A DNA stretch of 64,000 nt from Ostrea edulis (lineage: Eukaryota), in NCBI RefSeq assembly GCF_947568905.1, contig NC_079164.1:74462001-74526000 (forward strand), read 5' to 3'. Both the position numbers and the translations under genes were made by a program. Below, in pieces: positions 36,801 to 49,073 of the stretch; position 1 is the first letter of the stretch; every line of letters begins with the position of its first letter. The notes under the pieces were generated by a model. That model saw only the letters and a program-made list of their open reading frames with translations. It made no database searches and was not told the DNA's origin.

Positions 36801-38783
36801 AAATAATTCGAGCTAAATATTATAGTTGTTCAGCACTGAATGACTCGAAGTTCAAAAGGTGCAAAACGATTGGACAATATAGTTACTTTTGCTGTGGATC
36901 TTCACCAGAAATTCAAAGTTTCAATATGGTTGACTCGTTTGAACTCTGAGGCTAATAGCTGGTGAAAACGAATCTGATCTGCCAAAACGGACAATCAACA
37001 TTCAGTCAAATATTGCGAGAATGACCACAAGTAGCTATATTTTAAACGGTAATTCTAAGTTGGACTGCAACGGATCATTGATGCACAAAATCCAATATAA
37101 TGAAGGAAAATTGCAAGGAGAAAATGAAGTAGGGTTAACGATTGCGATCTATTTCTCGGAAGTTGGATTTATTTTTTCAAAGTTTCTGTGAAGTCAGGTA
37201 AACGATTTATGTATTACAAAACAGAACAATATTCTGGCTTTCAACTGGGAAAACCTTTAACAGGTTGGGAACACTTCCCCTATTGCGAGATCTCTTTGTG
37301 TTTCATGTGAAAAGAAAAATGCTAAACTGTCTGATACTTCTGCAAATATATTAATCAAAACAAAAACACTCAGGATGTGCATTGGATTTCAGCCTCCTTC
37401 CCTCTTACGCAGCATCATTGATATGTTTCTTGACTGCGTTGTAAATTTTATAGAAACAATTTGTGTCATGCTAAGTGTGTGTTGCACTTATTGAGTATTG
37501 TACGGAATTTGCCATATTTTCAATACACCGAAAACACCTGTTTATTTCTCGCTAAAGAGGGATAATCGCGTTTTAGCGAGAATATCTCGCTATAGGAGAA
37601 GCGTTCCCAACCTGTTTTATGCATGATCACGATTAATACCAAAGTTTGGAGAGTTTGAAGCGAGCAACCGAGAATTTAAGTCTGCTTTGTTAGCTCCCTT
37701 CTCACTATATAATATAAATGTACCAGTTTGCTCAGATTATGTCAAAACCTAATCTCAGCGAGAATTGTCGAGGCTGGATATTTGGACTGACGCCTCTTCC
37801 GAATCTCAGACCAGTGTCACATAAAGTGATTCGGGAAATCTTGCCTGAACTTCGGCCGCTTGTTGCAATTAAAATGGGTTAAATTGAATTTCTTGCCCGC
37901 TTCAACTTTTCGCCTCAGACATCCTATTAACTCCCTATCACAATGAAACATGCATTTCTTACCTTTACAAGGTGTAAATCCCACAGTAATTCAAGTTGGC
38001 TATTTTCGAAGCCATTGCAAACGGCCACCATTTCATATTTTACCTTCTCAACGCTGAAGAGTTCCGATAGTTTAGGACGCCTTCTAATAGATTGATTAAA
38101 TATTACACAGTTTTCTTTTTATTGCTTTTAATTTTTATGCTTAAATGCTTTGTACATAGTAATTGTCAACCAGTAACTTCTGTATTTTCAATCATAGTAC
38201 AAATTGTCATGAAGTAGTATATCGGAACTCTTCAGCGTTGAGAAGGTAAAATATGAAATGGTGGCCGTTTGCAATGGCTTCGAAAATAGCCAACTTGAAT
38301 TACTGTGGAATTTACACCTTGTAAAGGTAAGAAATGCATATTTCATTGTGATAGGGAGTTAATAGGATGTCTGGGGCGAAAAGTTGAAGCGGGCAAGAAA
38401 TTCAATTTAACCCATTTTAATCGCAACAAGCGGCCGAAGTTCAGGCAAGATTTCCCGAATCACTTTATGTGACACTGGTCTGAGATTCGGAAGAGGCGTC
38501 AGTCCAATTATCCAGCCTCGACGAATCTCGCTGAGATTAGTCAAAACCCTGTGTTCGAATGACCGATAGAAATAATTTTATTTTTTGAAACTGCACAATA
38601 GTATCAAATTTTATACTCCAAATGCAAACATATTTCAGATCAATTATGATGTTACCTGTAAATTTGTTTGGGTAGTCTATAGAAAATAAGGAACATAGAG
38701 AAAAGTAATGAAATACACATGAACACTATGTCTTGTATCACAGAATACGTACGAAGTTTCCATGCTCGCTTAGTTTGGCTCAT
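21878..38783 (-). CDS. KATNB1: Katanin p80 WD40-repeat subunit B1, 19 coding exons, 634 aa (680 aa with the distal donor)
   Basis: Exons: 38783-38753, 35857-35727, 34887-34770, 34520-34420, 33225-33184, 33002-32919, 32753-32638, 32521-32450, 32226-32076, 30225-30172, 30025-29970, 28015-27959, 27706-27537 (or 27399), 25402-25248, 24768-24604, 24492-24416, 23164-23090, 22258-22142, 22010-21878. All GT-AG and phase-consistent. WD40 repeats ([14 protein letters not shown]...[10 protein letters not shown]) plus the con80 C-terminus ([16 protein letters not shown]). Confidence 0.96.
22480..22800. mobile_element. Degenerate HINE-type repeat in a KATNB1 intron
   Basis: GGCACAACTCTGTAAAAAAT and ATACCAAGTTTCAGTTGAT motifs typical of bivalve HINE cores; boundaries approximate. 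Confidence 0.45.
23292..24086. mobile_element. Tc1/mariner (pogo/Tigger-type) MITE
   Basis: TIR CAGTGGAACCCCGTTATTACGTT / AACGTAATAACGGGGTTCCACTG followed by TA; internal ACGTAATA repeats. Confidence 0.85.
24935..25235. repeat. Two abutting minisatellites (~28-bp and ~36-41-bp units) in a KATNB1 intron
   Basis: GACTAATTTCCGCTAATATACAGTAT about 4 times, then GAGGTATATTTGTCTACAGGAACATT 4 times. Confidence 0.9.
26075..26174 (+). mobile_element. Degenerate tRNA-derived SINE head
   Basis: A-box-like TAGTTCAGTGG, loop CTAGTAA and B-box-like GGTTTCAATTCC; stems broken; TTTCTCTCC...GCTACA tail. Confidence 0.55.
30753..31716. mobile_element. PIF/Harbinger-type non-autonomous element
   Basis: TIR GGGCTGTTCCAGAAAT / ATTTCTGGAATAGCCC with TTA on both flanks. 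Confidence 0.8.
33279..34038. mobile_element. hAT-type MITE
   Basis: TAGGGCT...AGCCCTA ends, exact 8-bp TSD TCAATTAT (33271-33278 and 34039-34046), subterminal CCGAA/TTCGG repeats. Confidence 0.9.
37261..37614. mobile_element. MITE with ~30-bp TIRs in KATNB1 intron 1
   Basis: CAGGTTGGGAACACTTCCCCTATTGCGAGAT versus the reverse complement of ATCTCGCTATAGGAGAAGCGTTCCCAACCTG; TSD unclear. Confidence 0.7.
37750..38539. mobile_element. Foldback / MULE-like element with 320-bp arms and 9-bp TSD
   Basis: Arms 37750-38069 and 38220-38539 with about 7 mismatches by hand; 150-bp spacer; TSD GTCAAAACC at 37741-37749 and 38540-38548. Confidence 0.93.
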
Positions 38784-39095
38784 TTTTGTTCAATTGTTAA
38801 ATTGAAAATAAAGTAAAGAGTCTATCCTTTTCTAAATCTCCAGATTCAAATCATTCAATTTCATTCTGATAATAAAATCAATGAAACATTCTTTAACTTT
38901 GTCATCTTCGAGACCATCCAAACCTCGGCTATGAAATATGGCTGATTAACAGGCCTTTCATGTTACACAAGCTGCGATTCGTTGTTTTGGGTACCGGTAG
39001 TATATTATAGCCCAATGGCCTTTGCCGTTACAAAGAAACCAGTCAGTTTCTACGCATGCTTAACAATATAATGACTTCCGATGTAAACAGGGGAA
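38784..39095. promoter_or_regulatory. Probable bidirectional promoter between KATNB1 and the C8orf82 homolog
   Basis: Only 312 bp separate the two divergent ATGs; CCAAT near 39012 and ACTTCCG near 39074. Confidence 0.75.
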
Positions 39096-41892
39096 ATGTT
39101 TCCAACTGCATTCAATCTGGTTTATCGATGGAGTTCGAATGTCAGAACAAAAGCACGTGTGATTCGATGCCTTCACTACATACAGGGACAAGAACCAGAA
39201 CCTAAGATACGAGAATACTTTTACTTTATCGACCATCAGGGCCAGGTATTTATGATGCTTCTAGCTCGAATTTCCTCAAAGTTACGAAACTGACAATTTC
39301 TCCGTTAATTTACGTCTCTGTTTCAGTTATTTCTTGATGATGCCCGGATAAAGAATTTTACATCTTGTTTCAAGGGTAAGATTTCACATATTCATTATAT
39401 ACATGACACTTTTAGCGACATGTGACATTGTCAGACTGACGTGACCATAACCGTACGGCGATTTTCTGCTCCTCAGCATACTATTAAACCTCAAAATAAT
39501 ATGTCGACGGAGCTACCGTTAGAGCGAGTGCAGCTACATATACATATACGTTCCCCAAAAAATATAGGTACTATCCCATCCATTTTTAAAGGGTCCTATT
39601 GAAACTATTGACTAACATGTAATATTGTAATACTGAAAATGCATACAAATGGGCAAATATATTTATTTTGCTTTTTACCTAGCTCATAGGTCTGGACCCT
39701 AATCTTCCCTATATTAGTTGCAGAACTGTAACTTACTGAAAAAATATTGTGACAGAACAGAGAGCTACAGATCCACCTGATAAAAACCTTAGATTTATGG
39801 CGCACAAAAAGCTGCATACTGTTGAGGCCCCATACCGTTGTATTCTTGTGTTGCTGTCTCATAAATTTGATATCAAAAAATTCTTAACATATTTTCCTAC
39901 TATACTTGTGTCCAAACATACCTTCAAATATTCCTTAAAGCTGCACATGACCTGAAAACTCACAGCTTTTGATGAGTTCGTTCATTGACATAGCCATGTT
40001 AGGTAGCCAGCCAATTCGAATCCCGGTTCATTTCCATACTTGCACAATAATGTCTAAATGTGAACTAATACCCCCACAAATATTTTATCTAAATATTTTA
40101 AATAATATATCATCCCAGTTCCTTTTTAAAAATGATAATTATTCAAATAGCTAAAGTCACGGCAATACAGCTTTCATTAGTCTGGTCCAGTCTCCATCCT
40201 TGCCACATGAATGTTAAGGACCATAATGGGCTTTTGTTAGTTTTGTAGCATTTCCATTAATCAAGAGCTTATTTTACCTTTAAAAAACTATATTTTTTTT
40301 TAATTTCTATTAATTATCCTTGTTGATAATAAATGAAGAGAGAATACATAACTTATAACGAATTTTATGTATAGATACCAATAGCAACAGGGTTCAAATT
40401 GATCTGCTACCTAACATGGTTACATCAACAAACGAAATCATTTGAAGCTGCGACTTTTCTGGTCGTATGGTTCTTTAATGGATATTTGAAGGTATATTTG
40501 GACACAAGTATAGTAGGAAAATATGTTTGGAATTTTTTGATATGAGGTTCATGAGACAGCAGCACAAGAATATAACGATATCAGGCCTCAACCGTGCGCA
40601 GCTTTTTGTGCGCTGTAAATCGAAGGTTTTTATAAGGGGTGGATTGTAGCTCTCTGTTCCATCACAATACTTTTTCAGAGAGCTACAGTTCTGCAGCTAT
40701 CCCTATATATGCTTGTCTGACATATCCTCCACTAATGGAATTAAGATATTTGGTTTAACAAAAAACGGGGAAAATCTGTAGTCTACTGACAATCTCACAT
40801 TAGGTTGAGACGAAGAGAATTTTTGTGATAGTATATCAACCTTCATTTTTTATTTTAACTAATTCTCTCTTATACATGTGTTGCCATTATAGCTCACTGA
40901 AATTAAGCAACCGGTATTATATCTTTCAAAAACAAGAACATGTGTTAAACATGGTGGTTTGCATGTCTTTTTTCAAAGTACATTTATTAAGATGTTTTGG
41001 AGATAGCATATTATACCAAAACATTTATCTGAAGGCAAAAGAGGGGCAAGCTATATGTGATGCCCTATCTTCTGGAGGGCATGATTTTAAACGAAATCAG
41101 GGTGTTAACATCTGTCAACATGTTTCATTTGAAAGAAGTTTCAATTTATTTTTATTTTGTTACCACCCAATTGACATTTTGGTTTCATTGAAAAAATCCA
41201 TAAACCTAATTAAGATGAAATAAGTTTTGGCTAATGTACAATTTCATTGTTAACAAATTATTAACCTAACTTTGCAAGTGCAAATGGTTGTATACATTTA
41301 AATTGCCTCAATTCATAACGAATAACCAAAATTAAACATGAAAGTTTTCTTTGTCTTTGATGATTAGTATCATTTACTATAAAACATGCAATATATTTTT
41401 TATCCCTTTTTTCTTTCAGAGAAGGATTTCTTGATATTCTTTTTTAAAAGACTGAGATTAAATGAAGGTGATAGATATTCAAATGAATTTCCCTATCTGT
41501 CACCGTGCGGGAGAGAAAGGAATTACATTCGATGTGATGATAAACCAGTAGTGTATACTCACCTGATGGACTCTGATTCTGGAAAGGCACTTTTATCCTA
41601 CAGTGGTGCAGGAAATGCTTTAACTACTGAATTTTTGCCAACAAGGATATGCATGTTACCCAATACTGGGAGAGTTTATCATCCAGCCCCAGCTAAACTG
41701 GGGGGAATTGGGCTGATTAAGTCAAGTCTTGCTATAGAACTTAGCAAGTATTTTGAATTTGAAAATGGTGAAGACAATCCACCAACTCATTTTATCTGGA
41801 AGGAGAAGAGAATTACTTTGACCAATGATTTAATTGACTTGATGGATAAAACTCCGTTTCAAATTAGAGAAATGTTAAGCAAAAATAATTGA
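39096..41892 (+). CDS. C8orf82: UPF0598 / C8orf82 homolog, 3 exons, 223 aa
   Basis: Exons 39096-39245, 39327-39375 and 41420-41892, GT-AG and in frame; motifs REYFYFIDHQGQLFLDDARIKNFTSCFKEKDFL, FPYLSPCGRERNYIRCDD, RVYHP and GLIKSSLAIELS. Confidence 0.93.
39715..40699. mobile_element. MULE-like element with ~250-bp diverged inverted arms and 9-bp TSD
   Basis: TAGTTGCAGAACTGTA / TACAGTTCTGCAGCTA ends; TSD TCCCTATAT at 39706-39714 and 40700-40708. Confidence 0.88.
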
Positions 41893-44055
41893 AAATTTCA
41901 AATAATATGTGTTTTGAAGAATATCTTATGACAATATATTCAGACTATTAATGATATGTAGAACAAGTTGAAATCATATAAGATAATTTGATTGAACAGT
42001 AATATTGTAATGAATTCTTATACTCGTACAATAGGTAGATAGTTCAGTGCTTCTTTTAGCACCTTGTAGGGCAGATAAAAACAATATTTGCAAGGCTAGG
42101 ATCATTAAACTTGATACACATGTTCCCCATGATTAGAGGAAGAAGCCTATTGTTTTTTTTACAGGTCAAAGGTTGATCCAGATGAAACTTATGCACAAAA
42201 CTAGAAGCAGTATTAATTGATGAGACCAGGATAATCAAACTTGAATAACATATATTCAACCATCACAGTATGATAGATATAGTGCAGTGTTTCTGTGTCT
42301 ATATGGTGTCTGTCTGTTCTTCTATCAGTAACTTGTGGAAAGGATAAAAAGAGTACTAATGATCAAACCTGTTATGTTAACCATGGTGAGGGGGAGATGC
42401 CTCTTACTTCTCAAGGTCAAAGTCATACTGTCATTGGCAATCATGAAGGGAAAACTAGGTTAAGATCAACAAACTTGGTGTACATGTTCCCCATTGTGTT
42501 GGTACCAAGTATATTTTGAAAAGAATTTGTTTTACTTCCCAAATTATACTCTATTAGATTAAAATCTTACTACAGTTTGATATTTAGCAAAAGATCTGTA
42601 GAACTAACATTGTACCATATAGCATTTTTTTCCGGGGGTCTAAAATTTGGTGATTTGCTGGGTCAAAGGTATGCTTATGATTTTAATGGAATAAATTTTG
42701 GAGGACATGCAGGGAAGAGTTATCTCTCTTGCAAATACTGAAGTCGTGCAAATTTGACAAGTGAAATTTTGGCGGAAAGCTATATAACCGCTAAAATAAA
42801 CCAAATTTATCACCCCACGGAAAACCCGTTATATGGTATTACATGTAGTAAGGCAAATTCAACTTAATTAGTAGATTATCATCCGGGGTCACAAAAAATA
42901 TGGGGTGGGTGGGAGGATTTAATTTTTTTATTTTTATTTCCCCGAGAGAAAAAAAATAATGACAAAAGGCATCACACAAAGTCTTAATCAAGTGAACATT
43001 CAAAGAATCCTTGGTAGAAGATATAAAACCAACATTTTGTGACTTTAATCATTCACTCATGTCACAGGGAAGCAAGTTTGTTTGAAATTGTAATTTTTGT
43101 GAAAATAAAGAAAAATCGGGGCAGGTCCTTTTTTAGAGGGCGGGCGGGGATGATAATCTATCAATTGATTTTAATTGGCTTAATTTTCAATATTTAAAAA
43201 AAAGTGTTGAAAGAAAAAAACTCATGGAAGTAATTAAACAAATACAGATTCATTAGAGAAAATTGTAAATTTTCATTCTGCATGATAGCAGTTAAATAAG
43301 TACAGATCCATAGGAGCAGATACATTTAATGCGGCTGTATTAGTTGTGATCCTCTCTGTGGTGGTAGCACTAGTCATTGCTACTGTAGCTATAGTAAACC
43401 ATCTTATGTATCCTCAGACCAAAGGATTGTTTCCTGTCTTTGATTACTACTGCATTACTGAATATATTGAATGAGCATATTTTGCACTGTGATAATTGCT
43501 TATGTTAATTTATTAAATAAAGATGTGTACTGTTTTCTGGTGTATTTTGTTCTATCTAAACTTCACAAAGATTGGTGATTTTATAAGTTTTGCTCTTGAA
43601 GTCCTTTTTGGAATAATTTTTTTTGTATGATACATAAAGATATTAAAATATTTAGAAGGGGATTTGATTTATTGTTGTAAAATATGATATTCAAACTATC
43701 CTTCATACATACTAACAATGTCAAATTTTGTTACAGTAAATCATATCCAAACAAGAGGCCCATGAACCACACACTTGCCTGATTCACCTTAGTCAAACAG
43801 AGATTAACAACTCATTTAAGACAGTGTGTAAATGTACACTTTGAATCCTGATTGTGATTTAAAATATTTACATGTACAAGACCTTGATGTGCTTTAGCCT
43901 TTTGGTGATGAATTTTTTTAATGCAATGTAGCTTGCATTATCGCAAAACAATAATCTGTGGTTTGTGACAGTGTGTCCCTTGAGACTTCACTGAGTATTC
44001 TGTTTGACTATCTTCTTCCTGGAAGTTCATCAAAGCATGATGCTTACAAGTTTCA

Positions 44056-44944
44056 TTTTTATGCACCCTTCAAAGAAGAGGGGCATATTGCTTTGCACCT
44101 GTCTGTCAGTTGGTTGACCACATGTCCACTCAATATGATGAGAACCATTCACTTGATTGTGATGATATTTCATATATTGGTTGGTTATGAGTAGAAGATG
44201 ACCCCTATTGATTTTGAGGTCACTTGGTCAAGGGTCAAACTGGTCATAGGAAGATACTGTCCACTCAATATCTTTAGAACCCTTTGTTTATTAGACATCA
44301 AACTTGGTACACTGGTACATCCTAAGGAGTAGATGACCCCTATTGATTTTGAGGTCACATGGTCAAAGGTTAAGGGCCAATACACTTTGGACATAGAAAG
44401 ATATTGTTCACACAATATCTTGAGAACCCTTGTGGGTTCACATGGTCAAAGGTCAAACTGGATATAGTATTATATTGTCTCCTATATTTTAAGAATCAAT
44501 TGCTTGATTGACACTAAACTTGGTACACTGGTACATCCTAAGGAGTAGATGACCTCTATTGATTTTGAGGTCACATGGTCAAAGGTTAAGGGCCAATACA
44601 CTTTGGACATAGAAAGATATTGTTCACACAATATCTTGAGAACCCTTGTGGGTTCACATGGTCAAAGGTCAAACTGGATATAGTATTATATTGTCTCCTA
44701 TATTTTAAGAATCAATTGTTTGATTGACACTAAACTTGGTACACTGGTACATCCTAAGGAGTAGATGACCTCTATTGATTTTGAGGTCACATGGTCAAGG
44801 GTCAATCTACTCTGGTCATTGGAAGATATTGTTTGCTCAATATCTTGAATTGTTTTGGCACTACTATCATTTAAATGATACATGTGTATAACCCTTTTAA
44901 ATTCTGCACCAAGGAGGGCTTATATGTTTTACAAACATTTCCTA
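44056..44944 (+). mobile_element. HINE with ~180-bp internal tandem units
   Basis: TTTTTATGCACCCTTC...GAGGGGCATATTG start, repeated GACCCCTATTGATTTTGAGGTCACATGGTCAAAGG units. Confidence 0.75.
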
Positions 44945-46508
44945 TTTTTAGCTCTTCTGAGCCGAAGGCTCAAAGAGCTAATCATATGTCTGGCGTGTGG
45001 TGTGTGTCAACTTTTTGGGAAAAGGGCTATATCTCAAGAACCCCTTGACCAATTTTTGTCAAATTTGTCACAGGGTATCCTTGGCCCAAGGGCTTTCATT
45101 TGTACTAAAACTAGGGTTGTGACCCTTTAACAAGGGGAGATAATTAGGAAAATGCAAACAAAAGTAGTGGTTGCTAAAAAATCTTCTCAAGAACCACTGG
45201 GCAAATTACCACCAAACTTATGCATAAGGATGAGAATAGGTTGTAAATGAAAAATTGTTCAAGGCATCATCTTGGGGCAAAGGGTGTGGTCTCAAGGTCA
45301 CTTCAAAGTTGACCTAAATTTTGTTTTGATAAAACTTTGATATTTTGCTTAGTATACTGACTAGGATCATCAAATTTTGTCAGTTGATGCATCTTAGGAC
45401 CTAATATCATGTTGTCTCAAAAGTAGGTCATCGTGACCTACTTTTTGAATTTCGCAGGTAATTATTATTAAATGGATTTTGATGCATATTTTGGACACTT
45501 TTGAGCCTATGATCATCAAAAGTTGTCAGTTGATGGATCATGGGACCTTGAAGTGCGTCATGTGAAAAGTATGTCACCATGACCTACTTTCTGAATTTCA
45601 TGTCTAATCATTTATGATTACATTTTAGGTTGTTATTTCAGATACCGAGAGGTTTAGAATCATCAAACCTTGTATGTGTCTAGAGGCCTTGAAACATATT
45701 TATAAAAAAAAGTAGGTTACAGTGACCTACTTTTTGAACTTTGCAGACATTCAAATTTCACATTTTCAATTTTAGATGCATATTTTGGACACTATGAAAG
45801 CTAGGATCATCAAACTCTGTCAGTTGATGCATCTTCAGTCTTCATAGTTTGTTGACCAAAAAGTAGGTCACCATGACCTACTTTGGAATTTGACGGCTAT
45901 ATCTTAATATTTCAGATACTATTTGACTTACAATTATCAAACTTTGTCAGTTGATGCATGTTGAGTCTTCAGAGTGTGTTGACTAAAAAGTAGGTCACTG
46001 TGACCTATTTTTGGATTTTGATGGCTATATTTGAATATTTCAGATACTATTTGACTTACAACCATCAAACTTTGTCAGTTGATGGATCTTGAGTCTTCAG
46101 AATGTGTCGACCAAAAGGTAGGTCGCTGTGACCTACTTTTGGAATTTGACGTTTATATCTGAATATTTCAGATACTATTTGACTTCAATTAGCAAACTTT
46201 GTCAGTTAATGCATCTCGAGTCTTTGGAGTGTGTCGACCAAAAAGTAGGTCACTAAGGCCTTCTTTTGGAATTTGACGGCTATATTTGAATACTATTTGA
46301 CTTGTCAGTTGATGCATCTTGAGTCTTCAATGTGTCGACCAAAAGTAGGTCACCGTGACCTACTTTTGGACAGTTACATTTAAATTTTCAGGTACTATTT
46401 GACTTAACATCATCAAACTTTGTTAATTGATGAATCTTGGTTAGTGAGAATTTTTGCCTGTTCTACAATGTTTCAGAAGAGCGATTCTAGGCCCATGGGC
46501 CTCTTGTT
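44945..46508 (+). mobile_element. HINE with an array of ~125-bp tandem repeats
   Basis: TTTTTAGCTCTTCTGAGCCGAAGGCTCAAAGAGCT start and GCGATTCTAGGCCCATGGGCCTCTTGTT end; repeated AAAAGTAGGTCAC-GTGACCTACTTTT palindromic units at ~45400-46440. Confidence 0.85.
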
Positions 46509-46829
46509 ATTTTAATGTACTACTGTACTTTGGAAATGTTGTCTATCATCTATCTCATATTGCTTCTTACTTAATCAGAATGCCACATCATTCAAAACTT
46601 CATTATGCATTACAGATGCAGAATTAATGCACAAATACATCTGATGTTATGAAGAATTTGACAGGTGTGCATTTATTACAACAGAGTGAACATAGGATGG
46701 GTAACTTTGAAGAAACAATCTCTCTATTTTATTTTATTGATATGCTGTTTTAATATGATGGATCATATTGAAAAAAAAAACTACATCTGGTCAGACAAGT
46801 ACATTAACAAGATATGATTATATGATCTA

Positions 46830-47456
46830 CCGATTATAAAGTCTCCCAAACGAAGTTGTGGCTTTTTCTGAGTACTAATATTTTTCTCCCTTGACAAAAT
46901 CAATGCCAATTTTTACTTCATTAAAAAAAATCTTGATCACGAAGGCTTTGATTTGAAATTTTTCAAAAAATCTCCATTGTATCTTCAGTAAAACTGGTGT
47001 TGCTAGACTTTGATCCTAGTTTGTAGGTCCCTACATTCTCTTATTATTTTTGATGATCCCTTGTCCCTATCTGTCCTGGTTCTAAAGTTATACAAGTTTT
47101 TATAATCAAGGTCAATTTTGTAGGTCAATACACCCTTTTATCATTTCTGAAGATTCCATGTCTCTATCAGTCCCAGTTCTAAAGTTATACCATACTTGTG
47201 TTTAGGGTCAGAGGTCAAGGTCACTTCACCTTGATACCAATTTGTAGATCCCATCATCCTTTTAGTATTTCTAACAATTCCATCTCTTTACAGATCTAGT
47301 TCTTAAAGTAATGCCAAATTTATTATCGAAGTCATTTGACCTTGATACTGATTTGTAGATCTCATCATTCTTTCATCATTTCTGAGAAGAAGTGGAAAAA
47401 TAATAAGAACCGAGCAAAAACAATAAGTCTTCAAACTTGTTGGGGAGACTTAATTA
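46830..47456. mobile_element. Degenerate HINE-type remnants
   Basis: AAGTCTCCCAAACGAAGTT at the left and AAACTTGTTGGGGAGACTTAAT at the right; GGTCAAGGTCAC cores. Confidence 0.5.
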
Positions 47457-48059
47457 CCTTGTCCGTCAAAGAGCATGTAATTATGTCCTCACCTTATACC
47501 GGTAAATGTCCGCGACATTTAAATTGACCTCAAAAGTTATCGTTGACATATTTTTAAAAAAAAAATTAAAATAAACATTACTTGATACACTGTATAAATG
47601 TATAAAATAAAATTATAATATTTATATTCAGGCAGCATCATGACCATCACATTTAAATGATATCATTTCTACAACAATCTTAATCTAGATGTGTCTCCTT
47701 CAATTGAAGTTGTAAATTGACACTAGCGATAAAAGACACCAAAAATAAATTGTAAGCTGAAGATGAACAGTAAAATTAAACTAAATGCAAATCAACAGTG
47801 TGTTTCTTTTAATCTCTATAATAAGTTTGTACATGCATATAGATTCATCTGCATTTTAAACAAAAACAAAGCAACATAGGAAGCAATTTATATATACTGA
47901 TCCAAAATGCAGTATCAGTTATTAACAGTTATTAACAGCACTAAACAAATAAACAAAATCTATAAAGTCTTGCAACAGAGGTCTAAAATTACTACCTGTC
48001 AGCTTTTGCAAGTACAAGTATAAATTAATTATTCATAAATACTTTTTTCAGAAAAAATT

Positions 48060-48683
48060 GAAATATCTTTAAATCATTTACAATGCTTTTGTATATGGAA
48101 TTAATGCGCGCATCAATTCTTTTAAAGAGAACAACAATTCAATTAAAGATATCATCAATTCAATTGTGGATATGTTGAATTGAAGATATCTTTAACTATT
48201 TAGTTGCTCTAGCTCTCTAAAAGAATTATTGCTCTCTTCAAATGAATTAAAGATATCAATAATTCAATTGAAGAGAGCAATAATTGAATTAATGTGCGCA
48301 TTAAATCAATTATTGCTCTCATCAAATGAATTAATGCGCGCATCAATTCAATTATTGCTCTCATCAATTGATTTAATGCGCGCATTATATCAATTATTGC
48401 TCTCTTCCACTGATTGAATTGTAGTGCGCATCAATTCAATTGTTGATATCATTAATTCATTTGAAGAGATCATTAATTCAATTAAAGCGCGCATAAATTC
48501 AGCTGAAGAATTAATGCCATCATCAATTCAATTAATTCGCGCAATAATTCAGAATTGAAGATACCATTAATTATTTGAAGAGATCTTTAATTCATTTGTT
48601 GCGCGCATCAAATTAATTGATGATATCTTCAAATAATTGAAGATATCTTCAATTATTTGAGTTTATGTTAATTTGGCGCTCCA
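48060..48683. mobile_element. Second, left-truncated copy of the tandem-repeat MITE seen at 5632-7732
   Basis: Same internal repeats and right TIR TATGTTAATTTGGCGCTCCA followed by TA. Confidence 0.8.
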
Positions 48684-49073
48684 TAAATGATTGTAACATA
48701 AATAAACAACGGAAACAATATGATAAAGATGCATGAGCATTTCCATTGATGTCTCTTTACAGGTATCTGAATTTTAATCAATAAATACATGTAACTTAGA
48801 TATAAATACACACAAAAAAAAAGAAAAAAAAAAAAAGAACTCTATCTATATGTATAAAAGAGTTTTTTTTCCTATTTATTTATTGATTAAAATTAATTCA
48901 GATACCTGTGGTCTCTTGTTGACTGGCAACCTATACAATATCATCACTTCTGGCTTATCGATAAGAGTATTTCTTAATTGTACGTGTTGCTTTGGCAAGT
49001 AGAATTAGGAAGCCCCACCCCTCCCACCCTTTTCGACAATTATCATAAATTTTTCCAACGGAAATAAAGGTAT

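Noticed and set aside
36530-37250. Possible decayed transposase in KATNB1 intron 1
   Set aside because: Coding-like composition, but I could not recognise any motif or termini.
41386-41419. ATG at 41386 as the start of the C8orf82 homolog
   Set aside because: Intronic; the acceptor is at 41419 and conserved upstream exons exist.
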